DNA of 64,000 nt, from NCBI GenBank assembly GCA_051294375.1, contig CM119263.1, positions 27,819,951-27,883,950 on the forward strand, read 5' to 3'. Made by a program: the position numbers and the translations under genes. The notes under the pieces were generated by a model. The model did not search any database. It was not told the origin of the DNA and worked only from the letters and a program-made list of their open reading frames with translations. Shown in pieces: positions 54,298 to 64,000 of the stretch (the first letter of the stretch is position 1; every line of letters begins with the position of its first letter). This DNA is from Paraspadella gotoi. Its lineage: Eukaryota > Animalia > Chaetognatha.

Positions 54298-55392
54298 CTG
54301 AATCCTCGCCTCAGAGATTCCACAGATTTTGGCCATGGTGTCCCGATCAGAATAAGAAGGATATGGATTGTCATCGAAGAAATTCTCCAACATCGCGATC
54401 TCGCTCTCTTTGTAGTTGGTCCGAGCTCGTCGAGAGTTGGAGATGAAACTGTCGCCGCTGCCAGCGTCTCCGACCCAGCCGCCGCCGCCGCCGCTGCCGC
54501 TGCCGCCTCCGCCGCCTCCGCCGCTGCCGCCTCCGCCGCCGCCGCTGCCGCCTCCGCCGCCGCCGCCGCCGCGGCCGCCGCTAATGCCGCCACCACCTGG
54601 GTCACTTTCTCCATTTTCATCTTCGTCGTCGCCGCCCCCGTGGTTGTTTTCGCCGCTGTTTTCGCCTCTGTTTCCCCCGCTAACGACGCCGCAAAAGTTT
54701 TCGTCGTTGTTCATATAAGACGATGAAAAAACGGCATTTTCATTGCTCCATGCATTGGGATTGCGAAAGTCTGTCCGACGATTGTTGGCGCTCGTATCAT
54801 TGACGGCGTAGATGACGTCATCGTTACAGAAATTTGACGAAGTCGTTAAACCGGAAACGGCGTCGTCTCTCGGCACCTCGGCCGATCGGGCAAAAGCACC
54901 GACGCCGGATTGTCGGTTCTGGGGCGCCGGGATGTTCCAACCATTCGCTGGCGGTTGAATCGATCCGAGAGGCGATCGTCGCTGCAATTTCGGTGGCGCC
55001 GGGACGGCATCTTTGGGCTGGAAGGGAAGGCGCCGTTTTTTTAGCGTAGGCGCGGACATCTGAGTCACGACCGCCTGCGTCACCGAAGTGGGCGTGTCTG
55101 CGGGATGAAGTGGTAGCGGAAAGACGTTTTGATTTGAGGTTTGATGCGTCGACAGAGAAGACTGATGCGTCGACGTCGATGCTTGTTGCGTCGGCATTGA
55201 CGGCTGCTGAGTCGTCATCGACCTTTGATACGTCGGCATTGACGGCTGCTGAGTCGTCATCGACCTTTGATACGTCGGCATTGATGGTTGATGCCTCGAC
55301 ATTGTGGATTGGTGCATCAAATGATTACACATCGGTTGATCCATCGGCAAAGAATGAGACGACATGGCAAAAAAATGATTCGATCCAGCCAT
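54298..55392 (-). CDS. PRD-class (Q50, Dux-like) homeobox protein, exon 1
   Basis: 365-codon open exon ending SRRARTNYKESEIAMLENFFDDNPYPSYSDRDTMAKICGISEARIQ|gtgaag; intron between homeodomain residues 46/47 is the PRD-class position; poly-Gly tract and 14-aa repeat QPSMPTYQRSMTTQ. Confidence 0.93.
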
Positions 55393-56478
55393 GATTTGTT
55401 ATTTTCTTCTTTTTTTTATTATTTTTTTTTCATTCGATGTTTTTTTTTAGATTTCTTGAAAAATTTTGCAATTTCTTGTTTCAAGAGCCGTAAATTGTGG
55501 CTCTCTCTCTCATTGGACGACCGAAAAGATTTCTTTTTTTTCGTTCTCCGTCGAAGGAGGATCGATCGATCGAAGCGTCGATAAAGACGACGATCGGAAA
55601 AAAAAAAGACACAGTCACTTCTTTGAATTTGGGTGGAAAATAAAAAATTAAAGATCGGAAATGGAACGAGGGAGTTTTATGAAGAGGGGAAGATGAGGAG
55701 GAGGAGGTGCGGAGTCGAGTTGTAACCAATATGAATAGAATTGGGGGGAGGAAGAGGAAGAGAAGCAAGGCTGTCTGGGTCGCAGGTTCCATGGACTGTT
55801 CTCACTTATGGTCAGTGCCCACTGGTCAAATGATCACTGTCCTTCTTCATCATCCTCTTTCTTCACCTCCTCCTCCCCGCCCTCCACTACTCCAGCCGGG
55901 GGCTTCCGTCCGGCAAAACTCGGCCATCGTCTTCCGGCCACTTTTTTTTTTCTCGGCGCCGAAAAACCGAGGACGAAACGAGGAAGACGACGACGACATT
56001 TAAAGAATCGCGAAGATATGGATGGCGACATTCCGTTAATTGAAAAATTAGAAAAGCGACAAGTTTAAAAAAAAAGTTTCGTTGTGAATATTTTGAGTTA
56101 ATGAGTCAATTGTATTTACAATTCAAAATATTGCCTAAAAAATAAATCTTAATCTAATCATACCTCAAAAATTATAAATGAAAAAAAAATTGTTTCGATT
56201 GTGCATTTTACAAATAAAAAAATAATGGTATCATTCGAGATATATTTGGGACGTATTTAAACGAGCGATATCTGTCTCTCTCAGTGTTAATTAATTGTTA
56301 TTTATTTGGTTATTAATCAATTAAAACTCAAAATCAAGGGATCAAGGCAAGGAAAGTTTTCAACGAAAATGTTAATAAAAATTAAAGTCTATTACGTAGT
56401 AGAATCGTCTATAAATCAAATCTATGATTTATCTCTCTAGTCCAATACCATTTATTTTTATTTTAAACTTTTTCATAG

Positions 56479-56665
56479 ATCGTAATTCTCGATTGATCCG
56501 TGGGAATTTCGTGTAGACGTTATTGTTTTATTTTTTGTGTGAGGACACAAAAGTGACTCGGTGATCAAAAGACGACGAAGATGACGACGACGACCAAGAC
56601 GATGACGATGACTCTGACGGGTGCAATCAAGAAAAAATCAAAAGAGACCTCAGACCAGACAAAAG
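56479..56665 (+). other. Possible 5'UTR (or unrelated) exon upstream of the secreted-protein gene
   Basis: ttttcatag acceptor and strong AG|gtgagt donor; no convincing coding link. Confidence 0.3.
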
Positions 56666-57107
56666 GTGAGTCTCGCGATTTCGGCGGTTGAAATCTTAAC
56701 TTAACCATGAGAATCTACGCCTCAAAACAGACGAATGTCTAGACGGGTTTCACGTCTGGACAGAAGCAACGAAACTCAAAAGATCAAAACTAAAATCGAC
56801 AGACATTTAAATCATTTCGTTTCAAGACGCGAGTCAAATCGGCCAATCAGCAACTCAGACCTCCGTCGATTCGCCAATCGGCGTCGTTTATCTTCGTCGA
56901 TCCTCTGCGATCGAAAGGGTTTTTCTCCCCAAGGAAGATGGTCAATTTAACCAACATCCGTAGGAGAATTTGTTGTTGTGAATGAAGATGTTTTGATCTT
57001 CTTTAAAGTTGCAGTCGACGTTTGCTCAAAGGTTCGTGCTTCAAATTTTCAACAAGTCATCTTACGGAAACTCTGAATCTCTTTTGCCATCGATAATTCA
57101 TCTAATT

Positions 57108-57179
57108 ATGGCTAATGAGCAATATGTTCGGTTCTATTATCTTTTCTTTTTCTTTTTTTTAAACCCCTTCAATGTATCG
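57108..57179 (+). CDS. Small secreted six-Cys protein, exon 1 (signal peptide)
   Basis: MANEQYVRFYYLFFFFFLNPFNVS|gtgagt, phase 0. Confidence 0.7.
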
Positions 57180-57481
57180 GTGAGTAGTAAATTAACCTTA
57201 AAGTTTGATAGTTAAACTAAGAAAATGTTTTTTGTCTCAGGATATTTCGATAAATTTGTTCATTTAAAACTACGTACATGTACAATAATTGCTTAATTGT
57301 CCAAAGTCAGGGGCAAGATAGCTTATTTATTAAATGAATGGATAATTTTTATATTGGTTGTACCAATTTCATAAATTATTAAATGCTGTTGGTTTCGAGT
57401 AAAATGATGTCCTAATTCGAGAATAATGGCGAGACACCCTTGTCTCCCTAATCTTACCATCCCCACGATTTCCTGGTCTAG

Positions 57482-57595
57482 GCCAGCGGCGGGTTCTGCC
57501 ACGCCCTCTCAGGCGAATACGGCGCCATCTGCGAGACGCAAGGATGGGATGACGCAGTCGCCTTTGGAAATCCTTCAAGACCGGACGACACCGAG
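57482..57595 (+). CDS. Small secreted six-Cys protein, exon 2 (GC donor)
   Basis: tctag|GCC; ASGGFCHALSGEYGAICETQGWDDAVAFGNPSRPDDTE then AG|gcgagt; in-frame stop two codons later. Confidence 0.7.
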
Positions 57596-57767
57596 GCGAG
57601 TTGACCGGCGGTTGGGTTAGAGGGTCCCGGGTTCGAGGCCGGATTGGAAAAAAAAAAATTTAACCATTTGTTGTAGGTAAAATATACATTAACACGAATA
57701 TACGATTAGTACGTACGACATAGGCAATGTCTACAGAAATTTTTTAACTCTAAATCTTCCCACGCAG

Positions 57768-57857
57768 CTAACTTACCGAATCCGAATTTATACGGAAGAC
57801 GCTTACCATCCAGTTACGATCTGCTGCCGCGGGTTCGGCGTGGGACCAGAAGGAGAA
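57768..57857 (+). CDS. Small secreted six-Cys protein, exon 3
   Basis: cgcag|CTA...GAA|gtgagt; LTYRIRIYTEDAYHPVTICCRGFGVGPEGE; 90 nt, phase 0/0. Confidence 0.8.
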
Positions 57858-57931
57858 GTGAGTGATCGGCTTTTATTCGAATTGACCGTCTTTTGTTTTT
57901 TGACATTTTATGGATACTAATGAATGTCTAT

Positions 57932-57982
<51 letters not shown>

Positions 57983-57983
57983 G

Positions 57984-58142
57984 ATGCAGATGCTCGAGAT
58001 CGGGTGTGGCCCCCACGTGGAACGCACCGTCTCTTGGCGTCGTGACGGCGTCCCTCAGATTCAGTGCATGTCCTATCTGACTCACCCCGACCCGCATATT
58101 GAGACTTACTTTTGGGGAACCGTCGTTCGGTGGACCCACTGA
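57984..58142 (+). CDS. Small secreted six-Cys protein, exon 4
   Basis: (ct)n-ccag|ATG; MQMLEIGCGPHVERTVSWRRDGVPQIQCMSYLTHPDPHIETYFWGTVVRWTH*; aataaa at about 58251. Confidence 0.8.
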   Translation: MQMLEIGCGPHVERTVSWRRDGVPQIQCMSYLTHPDPHIETYFWGTVVRWTH

Positions 58143-58978
58143 GAACAGACGACCTTTGTGGGCGTTTTGTGGGCGACCACAAAAGAGAAAATTTAAGGAC
58201 TGATTTTTGTTTATAAAATGCAAATCTTTGTGACATACTAGTAAATATTTAATAAATCGAGTATCTCTCTACAGAAGAATAACTTTAAAATTCACTGATT
58301 AAAAATAAAATAAAATTTCATTCATGTAATCTTTTAATTTCTATGAATTACAAGATTCGTACATCATTCTTAATGATTTATTCATTCACACGAAATGTGA
58401 AAAACAAAGGAATTTCGCTACAAAAATAAGAGTGCATGAAAAATTAAAAAAAGGAAATGAATCGTATAATGTTATGAGGGATGACGGTATGAGACTTAAT
58501 GATAGTAGTATCATAAGTATGATACATCTAAAATGACTACAGTTAGATGAGCATGACGAAGCCTCCGCTAAGAACGATTAATGATAATGATATGACATGT
58601 TTTTTTTTAATCAGATGAAGTTAACTTGAAAGTTAGTAATTTTATAAAACGAGCAGCAGAATTTTTGTTGTACATTACGGACATTTCATTTCGACTTCAG
58701 ACGCCCATCGATTAAGGCATTTATTTATTTTTAAATAATTTATTTAATGATGATTTAGTGATTCGAATGAATTTAAATATTTAATTTCGTCGTGACGCTG
58801 AGGCATATCATTCTTAGGGAGTAAGTGTTTAAGGCGGCTGATCATAGTTATATACAGTTTTTTTTATAAACTGGACAAATTTGCAGAACACAATTTCGTA
58901 CAAATACTCAGTACTACTCAGTGAATACCAACAATTGTATTTGTTAGTGACGAGATCAACGAATTGAGTCATTTAATC

Positions 58979-59046
<68 letters not shown>

Positions 59047-60492
59047 AAACAAAATTAAAGAGGTGCAGAAGGTTGAGGCTGATTTGGCGAAAGCAAAAGG
59101 CAAAAAAAAAAAAAGCTTATAATTATTTTTTAGAAATAAACGTTATTCCAATAAAAAAAAATTACCGAAATGTTGGGAGCAAAAAATAAGCGAAATAATT
59201 AAGGATCGGAAATAAAGTCGAGTTACATTTTTTGGAAAATGTCAAATTTTGAATACACGAATTTTGCAGACGATATACATATAATTTTTTGGGGGGGAAT
59301 TTCGTCGAAAACTGATTGTGAAAAATGTTGGGTTTTTTTTTGTTTGTTTTTTTTTTTTGCCCTAAACAGCGAATCTTTTGACGGATTTTCGATTTGTGTT
59401 GCTTATATATTTTCAAAGGACAAACAATCCGACGCGAAAATTGTTTACATCACGTGGACTTTTTTGGCCTGAAAAATCTTGGGCGGTTGAAACCCGAAGA
59501 GTCGAGCGAGAAGTCCCGGGTTCGGTTCCGCGCTCTGCCTTTTCCGTCGATTCTGAATTTTGCTTCGCCCCTTCTGACCTCTGAACCCTGGAAACAAGGA
59601 AGGGGGGGGAAATCGAGCTTGACGGGCTGAGTGCTTCCGAATTATAAGTTTAGATCATAGGCCCAAATTGGATTAGTTACTTAATAATTTAAAACGAATA
59701 TATTTTAAAAAAAGACGCGTTTCAGAGTTTTTATTCAACAATCAACATCCCCCAATATAATCCTTCAATTTATTTCAACTTAAAAACTAGGATTGTTGGT
59801 AGGAACGACAGGAATCACTGGTTAAGGCACCGAAAGTGGCCTAGAAAGTTAAGGTATCTACTCCTGTCGTTATTACGTTTTTATATTTAACTTTTTTAAA
59901 TATATACATTATTATTATATATCAATCATCATTCGTCATAGTCAGGTCATTTCATCTATAGCGTCATAAAATTCATCATCTTCAGAAAATTTTTTATCAT
60001 AATCACCAATATTTATCATCATTATTGATAATCGTAGGAGATTTATAAAGATTTATAAAGATTTATAAAATGACATTGTGGCGATATATTGACACCGCCT
60101 CACGTTCACCACCGTCTAAGCCAATACCGTTGGCTAATAGGGGGGGGCTAGGCGTTGTGTTCTATCCACAGTCTAAACGACTTCCCACTGCGTTGGCAAA
60201 GCGAGACCGTCCTAGGGTAACCGCGCAAGTGACAGGAGGCGTCACAGATGGTCCGAAGCCCCCAAAGCCAACAGTGAGATGGGCATCACAGGCAACCCAG
60301 CTGTTGTCATAATGTACTAGTTACTGTTTTTTTGATTGTGTACGAAATAATTTAAATAAATTAACTAGGTTTTTTTTTCTTCTATTTTAATGTGTTTTCG
60401 TATGCTCAGACTTGGTCTATATTCGTTGATTATGATTGTACCGAATCAATCTTGTTCGTATTCGAATAAAATCTGATATCTTCCTCACCTAG

Positions 60493-60670
60493 TCATACGG
60501 CCCCACCCTCGGCCTCTGCCCTGACGGCCCCAGCCTTGGTCGGCGTCAGCGGCTGCTTCTCGTCCAGCCCCTCCAGCATGTCGGGCGGCGGTGGCGGGAG
60601 GTCGGGGGCGTCCTCGGCAGTGATGCAGTCGTCGACGGGGGGAGCGCGTTTGATGATGTTGTCGGTGGAG
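60493..60670 (-). CDS. NCAM: NCAM/Fasciclin II-family adhesion molecule, last cytoplasmic exon
   Basis: accag|C; STDNIIKRAPPVDDCITAEDAPDLPPPPPDMLEGLDEKQPLTPTKAGAVRAEAEGGAV*; phase 2 matches the TM exon. Confidence 0.8.
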
Positions 60671-61319
60671 CTGGTGTTTAAAGGGGGGGGGTCAATGAAA
60701 AAGTAGATCGGATCATCAATCAGTCACAAAATCAATAAATACCAGATAGATAAAAGTATTGAACAATTGACCAATCTGCATATCAAGTAATATTTCAACG
60801 ATGCAATTAATCAACGGATCGATTTAACGATCGATTTAACGATCGCTCAACCAACCCATCTGTCAATAGATCTATCAACAGATCGATTTAACCACAGATC
60901 GATCCACAGATAAATCATAAGTGCAAATGAACAAAAAGTCAGGGGATCAATCCAAAGATCAATCCAAACGCAGACCGACTAATTAATCAATAGTTTAAAA
61001 CATTGAACAAAATATCATCGCAGGAGAATAAACCTAACCCAAAGCAGAATCGGATCGAAGGATCGGAATCGTCGTATCATTATTGGTCAAGGAAGAATCG
61101 GAATCGACCAATCAGCTTGCAGAACCAATAGAACTGTCAAAACAACTCTTGCCTTCGATCCTCCTCTCTAGATATAAATAGACCTAGCTTTCCTTAGTTT
61201 CCTCAGTTTCCTTAAAGATTGATTCCAAAGAATCAAGTTTTATTTATCAAAAGATGAAACCAAATAAGTAAATTTAAATAATCAATAATAAACAAAAAGA
61301 ATAAAATATTAAAACTCAC

Positions 61320-61557
61320 CCCCGCCCGTCGTCAACTTCCACGACGCAGATGTCGTTGATGTCGTCCTTCTCCGAGTCGTTGTCCTTTTGTCCGCAGCAA
61401 TGACGGCAGATGGCGTGGGTGACGCCGGCCGACGCGAACGCGTAGCAGCAGACGTCGACGACGACGGCGAGGAGGACGACGACGAGGACGACGGTGCCGA
61501 TCAGCGCCTCTAGCGTCAGCGGCGCCGGCAGCGGGCGAAACGGCGTCGGGTCTGACG
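61320..61557 (-). CDS. NCAM: NCAM/Fasciclin II-family transmembrane exon
   Basis: cgcag|CG...GG|gtgagt; ALIGTVVLVVVLLAVVVDVCCYAFASAGVTHAICRHCCGQK matches the NCAM/FasII/apCAM TM-DVxCYxxxxxG...C...CG juxtamembrane motif. Confidence 0.85.
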
Positions 61558-61608
61558 CTGCGGCGGCGCCGAAGGAGGTTTCGTTTTTTTTTGGTATTTC
61601 GTTTTTGG

Positions 61609-61730
<122 letters not shown>

Positions 61731-63191
61731 AAGCGGAAGCCAAAGAAAACGGGATAAAAAAAGATAACGGCGGCAAAGAGAAGAATATAAAAAAAGAAAG
61801 TAAAACGGGTTAAGGTTTTTGGTTAATTTTTTTTTTATTTCGCGGTAAAAAAAGAAGGAAATAGTTCATGCGCGGCAACTTCATGCTTGCTGGCAAAAAG
61901 CTCAAACTTTTTCACACTAGGTTCTTTTAAAACAAGTTGACTAGGTATCTCATGAGGGCCAGACAATCATTTAGCCGTACTTTAAGAGATGAAAAATATT
62001 TTTTAGATCAATTTTCTTTTTATTTTGATATTTATTGTTAGGAACAAATTCAGGAAGACTCAACAGAATCCTGATTTATTTTGTAATTGAAACATATATA
62101 ATCGGAATGTATCAACGTTTAACGTCTAAAATATCAATTTAAAGAATCACAAACGAACAATGTAGCTTTACATTATCATATATGTGCATAAGTTTAGCAA
62201 AGGTTGAGCGTTTAAAGTTTTACTTCTTAAAATGTTCATTGAAGGTTATTTCTTTGCTCTGACTTGTGCACATTTTAAATGTAATTTGGGCGAGCAACCA
62301 TTCCAAAACTGAAATTAAAAAAACTAAATGGAAATAAATCCAACCCTTGTTGGCGGTTGGATAAAATCAAACTGGGGTTTCGAAAAAAATCAAGCGGGGG
62401 TTTGATAAAACAAAAAAATTGGGAATTTTTTTACAAATATGCACAAACGAAAATGGTTTTGGGTAAATGAGAGGAGAAGCGGGAGATAAAGGCAAATGCG
62501 CGGGTCAACCGATGAGTAGCAGCAAACGACGTTGATTGTCACCAACAAATGAACAACTTTTTCTTTTTTTTAATCGCCAGTGGCGACATCTATGAGACAC
62601 TTTTTGATATGGAAATTTATCTATTTATTTATTGTTTGGTTCTATTAGGTTTAAAACCGGAATGTTTCAGTAATCAGGAGAAGGTTTCATCGTTTTAACA
62701 AAAACTCATATTTTGTTAAGATGATAACAATCTCAAAAATTATTAAATTGGCCGCGACTAAAAAAGGAAGCTTGAAGATTCATGTTTGACAATTTTTTTA
62801 AAAAAAAATGTTAAGACACTCGTTTGGCAAAAAAAAAAAAAAAACGGTGAAAAAAAATCCTCCTCTAAAAAATTAACTGACAATGATGATAACAATACGC
62901 AGATTGTTTGAAACCGAAACGCCATTTTATGGTATAACATTTTTCGTTCCATTTCGCGAGTCGCGGCACAACTTTTGCAACTGGTCTTTCTGCAAACTGT
63001 GGCTGAGAATTGTTTCTGCCAGAACCGAGACACCAATCGGGAGTAAAAGTGACTTTTTTTGTTGTTGCAGTTCCATCGAAGTTGTTGGAGAAGTTGTTTT
63101 TGTACGTTTAGAGATCAGGAGAGACGGGATCCTACGTCGTCGTTGTGGTAGTTGTCGTCGTCGTCGTTTTCGTCGTCGTCTCTATCGTTCG

Positions 63192-63295
63192 TCAATGGAA
63201 TAAATAAAAAGCGAGGAGAGTCGTTAGCAGAAGAGCGAACGAGCACCGCAAAGGTCGATCCGCGTCATCTTTGTCTACAAATCCCGGTGCTGGCA
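63192..63295 (-). CDS. NCAM: Alternative terminal exon encoding a GPI-anchor signal (NCAM/FasII GPI isoform)
   Basis: tttttcccctgcag|TG phase 1; PAPGFVDKDDADRPLRCSFALLLTTLLAFYLFH*: polar spacer plus C-terminal hydrophobic tail. Confidence 0.65.
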
Positions 63296-63344
63296 CTGCA
63301 GGGGAAAAACAAAAGGACGACGATAACGAGGATGGGCGAAGGAG

Positions 63345-63702
63345 AGGGGCGAAGAGGAGCGGGGATTTAATGGAGTGATTGAGGTGGAATTGAGCGGAGA
63401 GGAGACTTTTGATGGCCAAAGGTGAGGGGGAAGAGGAGCGGGGATTTAATGGAATGAGGTGCGATTGGGTGGAGCGTATTGGAGACTTAAATTGAGCGAA
63501 GGAAAGGGGGTAGAGGAGCCAGAAGTGAGTAGAGTAATTTTACCCGGAACTGGGTGGAGCGGAGACTTATGGTGGCCAAAGGAAAAGGGGAGGAGGAGAG
63601 GGGATTTAATGGAGTGATTGAGATAGAATTGAGCGGAGTGGAAACTTATGATGGCCAAAGGTGAGGGGGAAGAAGAGCGGGGATTTAATGGAGTGATTGA
63701 GA
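63345..63702. repeat. ~80-bp degenerate intronic minisatellite, 4-5 copies
   Basis: ggggatttaatggagtgattgag recurs at about 63361, 63440, 63600 and 63679, with tggccaaagg blocks. Confidence 0.85.
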
Positions 63703-64000
63703 ATGAAGTTGAGAAGAGAGAATCTGGAGTGAAGTGGTTGATCTGAATCGACGAGTCGACTTGAGATAATAACAAGAAGGCGAAAATGAAAGACCGAATG
63801 GAATAAATTGATGGCGCAGAGGAGAATCTCATCGGACGAATGAAATAATTTGATTTCAATTTACTCGACCCGGGACACGATTGCGAGATTTGATACCGAA
63901 TAATACAGTATATAAAGTACAAAGGGAACAGATACGTTTTACATAACGCTACCACATAAAATATATATACATATATATATTGTCCCTCAATACCCTCGTT

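Noticed and set aside
54226-54726. Poly-Ala and poly-Pro ORFs on the + strand and alternative frames
   Set aside because: Shadows of the poly-Gly tract of the homeobox exon

Overview
Eukaryotic (protostome invertebrate, probably lophotrochozoan) draft-genome window: intron-rich, AT-rich, dense in (AG)n/(GAT)n/(GTC)n microsatellites, with six N gaps and large error-rich long-read patches. Supported genes: (1) + strand IR25a-type ionotropic receptor (M3, S2, M4 exons at 15467-36022) with a phase-consistent chain of exons giving a ~340 aa low-complexity cytoplasmic tail ending at 44267; (2) a compact 3-exon DEG/ENaC channel gene (32465-34349) nested on the SAME strand inside one IR25a intron; (3) a - strand two-exon PRD-class, Dux-like homeobox gene (55392-50516, 639 aa); (4) a + strand four-exon 144 aa secreted six-Cys protein with a GC-AG intron (57108-58142); (5) the 3' end of a - strand NCAM/Fasciclin-II-family gene with separate GPI-type and transmembrane terminal exons (60493-63295). 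Also two minimal hammerhead-ribozyme motifs, a TTAA-flanked foldback MITE and several minisatellites. About 18870-30240 and 40470-42236 are noisy inverted copies of neighbouring sequence, each ending at a 25-N gap, and are most likely gap-filling artefacts; 1-9000 and 12400-14500 also look like low-accuracy read sequence. All gene models were read by eye without database searches.
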